Below, piece by piece: positions 38,753-52,489 of a DNA stretch of 64,000 bases. Numbering within the stretch: position 1 is the first letter of the stretch; each line of letters begins with the position of its first letter. This DNA comes from Trichosphaerium sp. ATCC 40318 (taxonomy: Eukaryota > Protista > Tubulinea). The stretch is from the NCBI GenBank assembly GCA_038496445.1, contig JALMLS010000281.1, forward strand, positions 1 to 64,000. Direction: 5' to 3'. The position numbers were made by a program, and so were the translations under genes. The notes beneath the pieces were generated by a model, which was not told the DNA's origin, made no database searches, and worked only from the letters and a program-made list of their open reading frames with translations.

Positions 38753-40221
38753 TTACATGTTGCACAATAATATTGTTACTGCAATTATCAGAGCCCAAAT
38801 CGGTGACATTACAACACCTCCATGAGAAGAGAGGTATGGTAGATTATCAGTTGGCTCGCTCATTGGCGTTGGGATTGATGCTGTTGGCTCTTGTGTTGTG
38901 GGACCCGCTGTTGGAGGTTCGGTTGTTGGTGGACCTGTAGTTGTTGGAGCAGATGTGGTTGGGGGATACGTAGTTGGAGGGTTTGTGGTCGGAGGTACAA
39001 TAGGTACACCAACAAAAATATACGATCTTTTTGGTTCTTCACAAAACTCTTTTGTACCATGCCTATTATTTAAACACGTGAGTTAAATGAAGTTTAAAAA
39101 ACCCTTATTATATCACGTACAATGAAGATCCTTCATTTGATCTTAAATCAGTCTTACGATTTTCCACACGACTAACAATAATTTGTGCACCAATCTCTGC
39201 AACACCATTTTTTGCGGCCACTAAATTAAACGAACAGACTTTTTCGGTGTCATCAAGAAGACCATATAACAAATTCATTGTTCTGATACCATAAGAATAG
39301 CTCGTTCCGCAATCAGGGGCTTCTTCTGTATTAAGGACTCCATTAGTAAATTGAGTGATAACAGTAACCAAAAAAGATTCAGCATCAAAAGACTTGTAGT
39401 TTCTACAGCCAAGTGTTATTTCTAGTCTATCCCCAATTTCTAAGTTTGTAATGTTTGCACCATCAAGAGGTCTATAACTATGCCTAGTAAAATGATTTAA
39501 TTAAATACATTATCACACGTGACACTTACCAGCATGATACCACCGGGATGGGACACACATAATCAACTTTAATTTCACCTCCTGCCTCAGTTGACACGCT
39601 GTGTTCAATGTAATCAACGGATCTCAGTTTGTCTATGTTATCTCCATATGGTATACATACATCAACAAGGCCTGTCGTCTGGTTGTAAAGTTCTGACACT
39701 GAACTGTTGAAATGAAGAGAAACGTTTTGTCCTGTTTTAGAATCTCTGAATTTTGCAGATACCCGAAAAGGTTTTGTATTTTCAACAACGCCAAAGCTAT
39801 AACAACCTTTAAAAAGGGTGTCAGTTAACAGCTTAACTTGTTATAGTTTAATATGAGCGTACTACGTCCGTTTGTGCCCATGTCTACAGGAGATAGAAAT
39901 TCCATTATAAATAATATCGCAAGTTGTATTTTCTGCATCACCTGACTTTAGTTCCAAGGCTCGTGAGTTATCTTTGTTTATTGAGCAACTACTCTCAGAT
40001 GCTTCTGTATTTCTCTTATTTTCAATAATCGTCCTATGTAAATTCATCTGCCGCCTTTCACTAGCTACTGACGAGGTTGAAATTGTATTTGTTGCGCTGT
40101 TTGTCGGCGATTGGATCAAAACAGATTGCGTCGCTGTAAAGGGATCAATCACAGCTCCTTTGCTTACTAAGAATATAGACAATAATGCGAATGCATATAG
40201 GAGGTGTGACGCTTTCATCAT
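38753..40221 (-). CDS. Surface protein, copy 2 (small indels; may be intact or a pseudogene)
   Basis: Near-identical to 34666-36139, with 1-2 nt deletions near 38830 and 39890. Confidence 0.6.
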
Positions 40222-40682
40222 GGCGTTTTAAAGCTGTAACTTAAGTAAAGTTTGATTAAGTGAAATGCAGTTTGCAGTTTCTTTGTAGTGTTTCACTAGG
40301 GACAAACTATAATTTTGTCGAGTCAGTTACTTCATACCGCAGTATTCTTTATACATAGGACTAAATCATCAACACTTGTGATCAATAAAGCGAGTACACA
40401 AAGCAAAAACGTCATGCACCATAAAAATGACGTACTACACTTTTATTAGGTGGTGTCAGCACTATGATGTTTAATGGAGATAATGAAGATATTGTAGAGG
40501 AGGAACCAGCACCGGTTATTACCCAAAAAAGACAGTGAGATTAAAATTAATGTAACCAAACTATTTTATTTTAAAGGTCACGTGTCGGGTAATTTTCAAT
40601 TACTATCCTGGTTTTTTTTATTTTCATTTTTATGGTACATCAGATAGGCGTGGAGCGGCTTTTTTGTTGAGATAGGTATGAC

Positions 40683-41156
40683 TGTATTTTCCTCATGTAA
40701 CTGTTTGTTGGTGGTACAACAGCGCCAACTTGGTTAAAATTCTGTAGTCGCTTCTCTACAAGATACTTGTCGTCTAGAATCTGCTTGTGTAATCGTTTGA
40801 ATACGCCAACCTATGTCCACGAAGGAAATTAGGAACGCTCACTCAGATTGTATAACACGTCACCATGTTCGTGAAAATCAAAATTTAAAAAAAACTTGTT
40901 CTCATATGAAAAGAACTATACCGTGTATCCAACAGTGATAACTAAGATGAACGTAAAGGTAACAGCCAGATATGAGTATCTATATATGAAAGAAATGTAC
41001 CATATAGGCAATCTGAGTACATGTAAACAACCAAACAGGTTAATTTGTGAAAACAAAAGAAAAACTTGATAATCCAAAACCCTTTTTGACTTACCGAAGT
41101 TGGGGTAATGTGCCGTGACATATAAAGTAAGGTAATGTCAAGAATAACAGCATATT
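40683..41156 (-). pseudogene. Duplicate of the terminal MARCHF6 exons
   Basis: Matches 42843-43315, including the KQILDDKYLVEKRLQNF exon. Confidence 0.6.
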
Positions 41157-41164
41157 GTGGTTAT

Positions 41165-42365
41165 AGGTACAATAACACCAACAAAAATATACGATCTTTT
41201 AAACTTCACAAAACTCTTTTGTACCATGCCTATATTTAAACACGTGAATTAAATGAAGTTTAAAAAACCCTTATTAAATCACGTACAATGAAGATCCTTG
41301 ATCTCTTAACAGTCTACGATTTTCCACACGACTAACACCAATTTGTGCACCAAAATCTGCAACACCATTTTTTGCGGCCAAAATTAAACAACAGACTTTT
41401 TCGTGTCATCCAAGAAGAATATAACAAATTCATTTCTTACCATAAGAAAGCTCGTTCCGCAATCAGGGGCTTCTTCTGATATTAAGGACTCCCATCAATA
41501 ATGATATAACCATTAAAAGCTTACATTGCACCAATCAAGACTTGTATTTCTACAGCCAAGTGTTATTTCTAGTCAATCCCCAATTTCTAAGTTTGTGTTT
41601 GCACCATCAAGATGGTCTATAACTATGCCTAGTAAAACGATTTAATTAAATACATTATCACACGTGACACTTACCAGCATGATACCACCGGGATGGGACA
41701 CACATAATCAACTTTAATTTCACCTCCTGCCTCAGTTGACACGCTGTGTTCAATGTAATCAACGGATCTCAGTTTGTCTATGTTATCTCCATATGGTATA
41801 CATACATCAACAAGGCCTGTCGTCTGGTTGTAAAGTTCTGACACTGAACTGTTGAAATGAAGAGAAACGTTTTGTCCTGTTTTAGAATCTCTGAATTTTG
41901 CAGATACCCGAAAAGGTTTTGTATTTTCTACAACGCCAAAGCTATAACAACCTTTAAACAGAGTGTCAGTTAACAGCTTAACTTGTTGTAGTTTAATATG
42001 AGCGTACTACGTCCGTTTGTGCCCATGTCTACAGGAGGATAGAAATTCCCATTATAAATAATATCGCAAGTTGTATTTTCTGCATCACCTGACTTTAGTT
42101 CCAAGGCTCGTGAGTTATCTTTGTTTATTGAGCAACTACTCTCAGATGCTTCTGTATTTCTCTTATTTTCAATAATCGTCCTATGTAAATTCATCTGACG
42201 CCTTTCACTAGCTACTGACGAGGTTGAAATTGTATTTGTTGCGCTGTTTGTCGGCGATTGGATCAAAACAGATTGCGTCGCTGTAAAGGGATCAATCACA
42301 GCTCCTTTGCTTACTAAGAATATAGACAATAATGCGAATGCATATAGGAGGTGTGACGCTTTCAT
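41165..42365 (-). pseudogene. Surface protein, copy 3: clean 5' part, noisy and truncated 3' part (possible assembly artefact)
   Basis: 41640-42365 is near-identical to the other copies; 41157-41640 is full of indels. Confidence 0.45.
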
Positions 42366-42842
42366 CGTGGCGTTTTAAAGCTGTAACTTAAGTAAAGTTT
42401 GATTAAGTGAAATGCAGTTTGCAGTTTCTTTGTAGTGTTTCACTAGGGACAAACTATAATTTTGTCGACAGAGTCAGTTACTTCACACCGCAGTATTCTT
42501 TATACATACGACTAAACCATCAACACTTGTGATCAATAAAGCGAGTACACAAAGCAAAAACGTCATGCACCATAAAAATGACGTACTACACTTTTATTAG
42601 GTGGTGTCAGCACTATGATGTTTCATGGGGATGATGAAGATATTGTAGAGGAGGAACCAACGCCGGGTATTACCCAAAAAGACAGTGAGATTAAAATTAA
42701 TGTTTCAAACCACTTTATTTTAAAGGTCACGTGTCGGGTAATTTTCAATTACTATCCTGGTTTTTTTTATTTTCATTTTTATGGTACATCAGATAGGCGT
42801 GGAGCGGCTTTTTTGTTGGAGATAGGTATGACTGTATTTTCC

Positions 42843-45800
42843 TCATGTAACTGTTTGTGTTGGTGGTACAACAGCGCCAACTTGGTTAAAATTCTGTAGT
42901 CGCTTCTCTACAAGATACTTGTCGTCTAGAATCTGCTTGTGTAATCGTTTGAATACGCCAACCTATGTCCACGAAGGAAATTAGGAACGCTCACTCAGAT
43001 TGTATAAAACACGTCACGCATGTTCGTGAAAATCAAAATTTAAAAAAACTTGTTCTCATATGAAAAGAACTATACCGTGTATCCAACAGTGATAACTAAG
43101 ATGAACGTAAAGGTAACAGCCAGATATGAGTATCTATATATGAAAGAAATGTACCATATAGGGCAATCTGAGTACATGTAAGAACAACCAAACAGGTTAA
43201 TTTGTGAAAACAAAAGAAAAACTTGATAATCCAAAACCTCTTTTTGACTTACCGAAAAGGGGTAATATGCCGTGACATATAAAGTAAGGTAATGTCAAGA
43301 ATAACAGCATATTAATAATTATAGGCCACATAACGCCTAAAATCGGCAATAACTTAAACTTCATAAACCCATCACGACGCATCTATTCAGGTCAATAATC
43401 TGTTCTCTAAATAACCGCTTTGAAACATACCTGTTGTACTTGGTCTCTGAACACTACTTCCCCAGCTACTACGAAACCAGGTTGTAAAAAGAAAATACCA
43501 AAAGCATAACCCTGTTCGAAAAAAACAAGTTAGTAGTGCAAACCAAAAAAAATATAAAAAGGAGATTTCTTACAGAACCAAGATCTATTATTGGCGTCTG
43601 ATTGATTTGTAGATCCCATTTCAATAATGGTACGAATATTAAAAGCTCCACTATTGCACCAATCAAGAGAGGGATAACAAAACAGCATAAAACAACCAAT
43701 GCAACACATTTCGCAGCTTGTGTAAGAACAGTAGCAAGATGGTCTAAACAAACAAACAGTCAAAAAAAAGTGATCCACCACGGATTAACGTACCCATTTG
43801 CGATTGTGAAAGATACCTCACTAATTGAACTGGACCAAGGATGATTACCCAACTTTAAACAAAAGGTGTAAGCGAAGAGTATAAAAAGTATTGAGAGTTT
43901 AAGTTACCCAATTATATAAGTCACTTGGAAGGAATTCAAGTACATTACACCAAGTTGTAGCACACATATACGACCGATTATGTAAGGTATACAAGTTCCA
44001 AAGAACATGCAAGCCATTATTGTTCCAATTGCGGAAAACCATAGATATGTTAGCTTATATCATGTCAAGGACTAAAACGGTAATAGATTTTGGAAAAAAA
44101 AATTAAACAAGATTGTGGGATACACGCCGTCGGGTATCATCTGACAACAAAGCATGTGGGTCTATTGGGTCATCTCCTTGTTGCCTGTGAAACTCGGCTA
44201 CTTCTTCCAAACGATTTTGCAAAGGTACATTTTGCTGTTGTTCTTCAGCTATTTCTATCAAAATTAGTGTTCATACTAATATAAAAGCATGTACTTACCT
44301 TCTACAGGTTGTGGTGCTACTGGGAGTTCACGAGCCATATAAGCAGGTTCGAATATATGCTGCTTAACATTAAAATAAGATCCAACCACTTGTAAGTACT
44401 GAATAAAAACCCACTAAGAGAACGTAAGAAACAACAATAAAAACGATTTAAAAAAAAAAAAAGAAACAGCAAAAACGTACAGTTAACTTTGTCCCTGGTT
44501 TGAAGTAATGAACCACAACAGGGAATAGTGCTTGTCCAATTAGAACTGTTTGACTTGGTATATCATCAAAAGCAAACTAAACAAAGATCAACAATGGCAC
44601 ATGGTGTAATGGAAACCAAAACGATATTTTACTTGGTAAAAAAAAAAAACTAAATTTGCTAAACAAATTCTCACCTTTCGCTTTGATGATGTTGAAACGA
44701 CCCAATCTAACTCAGTCAATACCTAAAATATAGTTTTTAGGTTTGTTTGAGTGGAAATTAAAATAATAAAGGGTACCCTAACGCCAAAGTAAAGTGGCAT
44801 AAGTGTGCACAGTAATACCAATGTTTTTGCACCAATATCAGCGAACATATCTCTCATAACATACCATATGCTCGTCTAACGGTAATATTAGTATAAAGAG
44901 ATTTTGTAACTTTAACTAATAATGATCGTATATACAAACTAAACTCACTTTCAATGATCGACCAACTGGGTAAACGCCAGCTCTTCCAGGAAACTTGTCT
45001 ATTACCCATTGTCTCAATATTCCTTTTAATGTGCTCACCCAAGAGTTTAATAAATGAATGTATATTACACCTGCCATCCAAGGAAAGAATAACGCAAAAA
45101 ATGTAACAACATACATGTCAGCTAGAAGAAGGAAAAAATTAATCTCAATTCTCTTGTTCACAACTTTGTTTTTTTCAGTACCTTCTAAAAGTTCTTTTGT
45201 CTCTTTATCAGGTGCAGAGTTCTGAGCCAAACCAGCCATTATGAACTAACTATATTTTAGTACAATATCACAAGTGAATGGTTATTAATCAAACGTACAA
45301 CAATGACAAGTCCGTAAAAATGTGGAAGAATACCAAATCCAAAAGCAAAATCGAATACAGTCAGCTTGAGGAAGAGAAGAAATAGCTCATTGATTGTAAC
45401 GAAATAATATGGTACTATAGGTTCACGCTTTATGAGATCGTAATAAACCCAATGACATAGCTTTCTAGTCAAAGAAAAAACCAACAAAAATAAAAAAGAA
45501 ACAAGAATTAAAACAGAAAAAAGTAAGATACAGAGAAAAGCAGCACAGAGTTGACAATAAAGAAGTAGCCAACTAGTATCCGTAGAACAATATAATCCGT
45601 TGGTAAATCTATCAGCTATACAAATATTTTGAGAAATACAACTCATTAACACTGACGTACGTATAATGCAAATCTACCAGCAATATTTGGAAGCAACAAA
45701 AAAGCAGCAATGAACACAGCACAGAACTGAGCAACGAGCACTAATTTGCACATTAATTCTACATCAATTAAATTTGTATTTAAACGTACGAATGCTTGAT

Positions 45801-46842
45801 AAGATTCGCCATCTAGGTCCAGTTATACCAACTAAAGACGTCGAGTTAAAATAATTTAAAACAAATTTTGAAAAAAAAGTGTTGGCTTACAAAAGTGAGT
45901 CCAAAATCCATCACCATTGTTGCCTCCAGGATTAGCATCAGGGTTAATAAGAGCGTCCATTTGTATTTCATTCTCTAGATTATAGAAATCGAATAATTGG
46001 CGAGTGTACATTTGATTAAGAGCTCGAACATTAGGTCGATGTGCTTCACTGATAATATCCTAAAAAAAAATCGAATAAGAAAATTTCGCAAAAAAATTTA
46101 CAACTCTTCTCTGTTATAAACTTACGTTACTATCAATGTGATTTAAAAACCACTTGAGTCCCCAACATATTAATCCAACAATGACTAGAACATGAACACC
46201 GTAAAGGATCTTAAGTAAGAGTCACAACAAATCAATCAAAAAAATAGTGTCATTTTAAAAAAAAATACTCACGTCGTAAAAGATTGTTGCTAAAACTATT
46301 CTAGACGCTATAGAATCTTCCTCTGCTGTCCATGCAAACGATGGGAAGTAGAAATATACAATATGGGCTACTATGTAAGGTAGGAGTACAGCCCAAGCGA
46401 CGCATGCCGTAATAAACTGACTCTCCTGTTTTAAAGCGTTAGGAGTAATAATTAACGCGTTTAGGAATGCGTACAACTGCCACGAAAGGTGTTATCCTTG
46501 ACAATATGCCAAGAACCACTTCAAAAGGTGATAGAAGCTTAGGAGTGCCGTTTTTATAAACTAAATCGGTTTAAGCGTTTATTCATTGGTTATGTAAATT
46601 AATACCTGCTTCAAACCTGTATTCGTGTCCACACACCTTATTACGCTTAGAATGTCAATAAATAATAACGTTCGTACCTCACAAGAGCGATTTCCTGAAT
46701 GCTGAAGCCACTCCTTCAGACAATTGCCATGTACATACTTTATTGAGCCTTTACATTTACACGGATAAAACAATTCGTTATCCGGTGTGCCTTGCTCCCT
46801 GCATATTTTACAACATCCAGCCTCTTCTGCTTCCAATTCCAT
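42843..46842 (-). CDS. MARCHF6: ER E3 ubiquitin ligase MARCHF6/Doa10
   Basis: N-terminal RING-CH CKICREQGTPDNELFYPCKCKGSIKYVHGNCLKEWL..CEVC; many TM exons (VIPLLIGAIVELLIFVPL); conserved C-terminus QILDDKYLVEKRLQNF. Confidence 0.9.
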
Positions 46843-47101
46843 ACGCACCGGTTTATATTTGAAGAATCAGAATTACGGAGACTTGCTTATCTTTCTTATT
46901 CGTTTTCTCTAACTTGCTTGTAAAAGCCATGTACGCTCGTTTAAATATACTACGAACCGCGCAGCGTTGTAAAACGAGAGTACAATCTCAACCATTACGT
47001 TCCAAAGTGTATGTTGGTAAAAAGACTGTGAGTGCGCACCCCTATGCTCATATTTACACATAGTAGGCCGTTGTGACAAAATATAATGTAAAACCAACAC
47101 A

Positions 47102-48749
47102 ATGGGTTCAGAGGTATTGTAATCTACCACCAGTACCTGATCACGTTCAAGAACTTGCTGACAAGTATGGTGCGCGAAATGAAACGAACGCGGCCTGTAA
47201 TTCATTATAAGTTAGGTATTTCGAAATCCGAGACGCTAGACGCTCAGAGGGAAGCAAAAAAAAACATGGACGATTTTGAGGCAGCCAAAGCGCGTATAAC
47301 TCCATTAGATGAGTGCAACGCAACCCACTTAGCTGATGTGCGTTATGTCGGACAAATGTGTATTCATTACGGTACGCCAGACGCGTTTTTCATATTTTTC
47401 GAAAAACATTTGACGGTTTGTTTTAGATGACATGGAAGGCGCAAAAATATACGTAGATAAAGCGCTGGAGATGGCGCCACACGATAAAGTAGCTTTACAA
47501 GTCGCTGCTTCGTACTACAGCGAAATCGAGAAAGAGAAGGCTTTACAACTAGTAGACCGTGCGTTGGCTGTTGATCCTGTTGATAATGATAGCAGAGCAT
47601 TACGTGGACATATTTTGTGTGGCATGGATCAAAAACACTGGCCTGAGGCCGTTGAGTTATTCAAAAGTGTGCTAAAAAGAGATCCAAAAAACACTCAAAC
47701 ATTAAAATCTATGGGTTACATTTATGGAATGTGGGGTACGTAGAAAAACCTTTCTATTCTATAACCCAAACTATGGTCATAAGCATATTTAATTTTACTT
47801 AAATTCTGTACTGCTAGTTCCAAAGGAGCGCTTGATATGTCAAGCTATTGTTAGAGTTTTTTTTCATTTTTTTTTTTTGCAAGTCGACACGTGCCTGTAC
47901 TTTACAATACTCAAGAGTTTTTAGGAGATGAGGCAGAAGCGCTTAATTATTATTCAAAACTCATGGAGTTAGATCCATTGGATCCAGAAGCACCACTAGG
48001 TATTTTTGATAATTAAAACACTTTTTTTAATTTGCAGAAAAATTCTGAGTCGAGTTCATTCTGATCCTAAGTTTCTAGGTGTTGGATCATGTCAACTATC
48101 ACTAGGACGTGTTAAAGGTATATATAACTATCATAACAACTACATATTGTATTCATTACTGTTAGAGGGTATTGCGAATCTTGAATTAAGTGCAAGAATG
48201 AATCCTTCAGATCAAGCCGCTTACATCCAACTTGCGAATTTATTCATGTCCCAAGAACATTACGGAAGAGCATTAGTATACTTTGAAGATGCTCTAGAGA
48301 TTAAAACAGATCCAGAAACATACTTATCATATTGTACATGCCAGTTCCTTAATAACGAACATGATACAGCTATTGAGAACCTAAAAAAGGCGAAAACAAT
48401 GTTTCCTCAGAACGAGTTAACACCATTCACAGAAGCTATATTCAAAATCGCAGACGAGCTTATTAGTAAGAATAAGGATATTTACCGTGCAAGAGATTTT
48501 ATGAAGTTAGCAATGAATTGGTGTCCAAATGATCCGAGGACACTTAAATTACAAGATAGAGTAGCAAACGAGCTAAAAAGGTTAAACGGACCTGATTATG
48601 TTGACCCTTCTCTTACACCAAAACAACATGGTAATGCCGGACAACAACCTCAAGCACCAATAGATGAAATCAGTAAAAGAACACATGAACAAGATCTTGA
48701 GAAGAAACCTAAGAGTAGAGACGGCTTTAAAATTGAAATTATGAAATAA
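47102..48749 (+). CDS. Tetratricopeptide-repeat protein
   Basis: TPR patterns ALEMAPHD, ALAVDPVD..ALRGHIL, VLKRDPKN..LKSMGYIY, AYIQLANLF..EHYGRALVYFEDAL; short GT-AG introns. Confidence 0.85.
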
Positions 48750-49753
48750 ATGGTTGAGTATAAAAGTGTGTAACTGCCATTTACAGCACGTGAGTTGCTG
48801 AGATAACAGTAAAATCCCAGACAGTGGGAGGAGCCAGATTTTTGTCTCCATTCCGTCCTTACGCAGCATCGCATGACACTACACTGACTAGCACGTAACA
48901 AAAATACAAAACCAAAATAAAGGTTTATCGTTGGAGAATCCGGCTGACCTTTTTGAAGAGAGAAAGGTTAACGAAGCACTAAAGTCAGTGAAAGTACGTT
49001 GTAAGAACAATACAGCCTTTCTCACGTCCATTTAGTTTCCTACGTCAGTAAATTGCGCTAAAACGCTACAATCCGAAGTAGTACAAACGCACATTCAATA
49101 CACACGTAAAACAATGATTTAAACTGAATTAGCGCCAAAATATTACTAGTGAGATTTAGTTACTTTACACCATATCAATCGCGTACAACAACACTCGTAG
49201 TACGTAAACAATTAACTTTAAATGGTTTGTACCATTTTTTTTCCTAAATGTAGTTACAGCGCTCGAACTGCGTTTTTTCGCACTACTTAAACGCAATGTT
49301 GCGGCTGCGCACGTCTTCGTTTTGTATTCTGTCACAACAACAAACTTTTCGCAATGTACACTTGACATCGAGTCACACTTTTGTTTTTTTCTTCTGTGTA
49401 GTAGGGTACACTCTTTCGGCTGTTATTCATTACATAAAAATTAAACTGCACAAAGAAGTTTGACACCTTGTTTTTGACAAAAAAGACAACCCACGTGGGA
49501 ACAATCGTTGTAGTTATTACTACCGTATTAGCTATTTTGTGTGTAAAAGATTCTATGTGGCTTTTAACGTACCAGCGATACCCTACTACAACACTAGACT
49601 ACTTTGTATTCACTACGGTGTACAACAAGTCGAAAACTCGGTGGAGAGGAAAAGTTGAACTTCTAGAATTCCTTGTTTTCAATCATGGAAAAAAGTTTTT
49701 TTGAGATTTATTTTTCATTCGCTTATTACCTCTCTAACACTATTATAAGGGTT

Positions 49754-52419
49754 ATGAGTAGCTCTAAAGAAGCCCGTCGATTACGTAAATCTGGACGTAA
49801 AGCTCCTAAATCAGATTCTGAGGGAGGTACGTGATTATTTAGTACACAAAATCAATTAAGTTAATGCAATTACAATCTTAACTTTTCATAACAACCCTAC
49901 TACAACATGTCTCACAACGGTTTAATATCTACATTCACAGGCTCCTCTGTTCCTAATTACACAAGAGCAGAGCTAAACAAACGGCGAAAGCCTCAGTTAG
50001 AAGTAATTGCGAGACAATTAGAGCTGGTTATCAAACCGAAAATTGTAAAAAACAAGCATGGCAAGTTGAAGTCAAAGAGGCCAACAAAGCCAGAGCTAAT
50101 TGAGATTATACTCAAAGCTATACGTACGTACCTGTTTTCGCATCTTTTTTGGTTTATTTTTCTTTAACATCATCACACCTTTCAAAAAAATCTTCATGTT
50201 AAAACTTCTTTTGGTGATTCTCTAGGCTTCTTTTTTTGTTTTTAGTACATCAAAACCATTCAACTTTTTTTGGTTTTTTATCTTAAACTGTTTCTAATAC
50301 CTTTATTAGAGTCTGAACGAACAGAAGAACAAGATGCTGTTGAAACCACAGCCAAATTTCGTCAAGTTGTTGTAACTAAAGCAACAGCAATGGCGGAGGG
50401 TGACTTACAAAAGCTTGTAGCTGGTTTTGCTCAACAGCTTTCTGGGTTGAAGCGTGACAGGGACGCTGATTCAGCCAAAATCTCTGAATTGGCACGTGCT
50501 CGTGAGGCCGATACAGCCAAGATCTCGGGCTTGGAGCGTGACTTGGCTAATGGGTTTAAAAAACTTAAAAAAAATACAGAGGACAACAAAGTTCTTATCG
50601 TCAAGCAACAGATATTGCTAATCTACGCGTCAGTACGCCATGTAACATTATCAGAGATATACGTGAAGAGTACGTCAACCTTTTTTTTTTTTCCCTCGAT
50701 TCGTAGTTCAATCACTTATTCTTTTTCTTTAGAAGAACTACAAGTTGGCACACATCTGCAAAAACATGCTCTTGTGTTGATAGACGAGTTTGCAAAGACT
50801 GTTATAGAACTTTACCCTAAATTCATGATGTGCGAAGGCGAGTGGATGCACTGGGAGTCAGAAGATGCGTTCAATCTCTACCTTGGCGATTTCTTTTCAA
50901 AAAACAATTTGCCATTTTTGATAGTGCGTGACACACACCAAGAAGTTACAGAGGAACATGATGCTATTTCTGGAGTGTCAAAAAAAAGACCAGATTTATC
51001 AGTACTAAGCAAAGACACACAAATCTTAGACCAAAGACGCGTGAAGAACTACCACCAAGTAGTTATAATTGAGCTTAAAAAAGGTAAGTCATCTTCTTTG
51101 CCAATTCTTTTCAGATTTTTTTTTCTTTCATTGTTGATTTTTCTCTTATTTCTTTATAGGTCCTTTCCAAACTGAGGACTATGGCCAAGTGTGTTTGTAT
51201 GGTATTGGCGTTCTGAGAGCACAGAAACTGCGTAAGGCAGTGTATGTGGCTCTCATGAACTTTACAAAACTTGTCATTATTAAAATCGTAATGGAAACAC
51301 ATGACAGCATTCCTATTTACTACAAGACCAAAGAATTGGACCTGCGCAAAAAAGGAAAAACAAGGCTCTTTCAATTGCTATCGCAAACCCCAGAGACTCT
51401 GGGGTATATATCTAAGATGTTTCGGTTCGAAGGAAAAAACTACTCGCCAGAATCATGTCTTGGTGTTGGTGCTTACGCTTCTGTGTACAGTGTACCAGTC
51501 GTAGTGGGCTCTGATGTGGAGTTGGTCGCTATAAAGGAGTTCTCGGACCAGCACAAAAATATTAAATCGCTTGTTACCAGGGAAACTGATACTCTAAAAG
51601 CCCTTAAAGACCTTACATCGGTCCCAACAGTTGTACGTTTTTTGTTACAACTGGTTTTTTTTTTCTTTATCTCACTTTTTTTTATAGATTGATACGACAC
51701 CAACCACAATTGCCATGAAACCAGTTGGGTTCAAAATTAGAGGAATGGCTCAAATACATGACTTGCACTTGTTTATCAAACAAGTAGTAAATACTTTACA
51801 CTATGCACACAAACACAAAATAGTGCATCGGTGAGTTTTTTTTTTTGGACAGTTTGACACATTGCAATGTGTCAAAATATAAGTCTAATGTTCACTGAAT
51901 TTTTTCTTCGACTGACACGTGATTTGTAGAGATATCTCATACACAAACCTTATGTTAACCCTTGACAATGACGCTCTTGTTATTGATTGGGGTTGTGCTG
52001 TTACTTTGGGTGAGCCAACAACTTCTGGTGGTGGGTACAAATACGTTGGTCTTCACGTTTTGGAGAATTATGACAAAGACGCAGAAATTTGCTATAAAGC
52101 GTCTCATGATCTATTCTCCTTTGTTCGAGTCATGATGTATATGAGGCTCCACTTTAATCATCAGTCTGAGATAGACGCAGCGTATGGAAACTGGCTAGCG
52201 GCTAAAGACAGCGGAAAGAAAAAAGAAGAACTAGTTGCTAGAAATCAGTTTATTCTAAAATGGCATTCCTTTACAGTTGGTTGGGATTCTTGCCAAGCCT
52301 GCGCTTATAAAGAAAACTACGATGGTTTGATAAAATCGTTACGTTTGATGTTCTATAGAAAGAACAGTAGTCCATGTAGCCAATGCGGCACCTTAGGCTA
52401 CTGTTGTTGTAAAAAATAA
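49754..52419 (+). CDS. Crinkler/CR-effector-like protein: HEH/Rho-N-like header, coiled segment, PD-(D/E)xK REase-like domain, FunK1-like kinase
   Basis: Header YTRAELNKRRKPQLEVIARQL...TKPELIEIIL; KRPDLSV...IIELKKG...GQVCLY; kinase LGVGAYASVY, VAIK, spliced HRDISYTN, IDWG. Confidence 0.8.
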
Positions 52420-52489
52420 ATTTGTATTCTAAAATGTTTGTTACTCGTTCCTTCCATGCAAAGCACATCTAATTTCAATGGAAATAGCA

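Larger units (their letters stand above)
32451..43903. repeat. Complex tandem segmental duplication: copy 1 32451-37717, copy 2 37718-41156, partial copy 3 41157-43903 running into native MARCHF6
   Basis: Near-identical blocks, e.g. 32451 = 37718, 34161 = about 38248, and 35741-36139 = 39824-40221 = 41970-42365. Confidence 0.9.
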
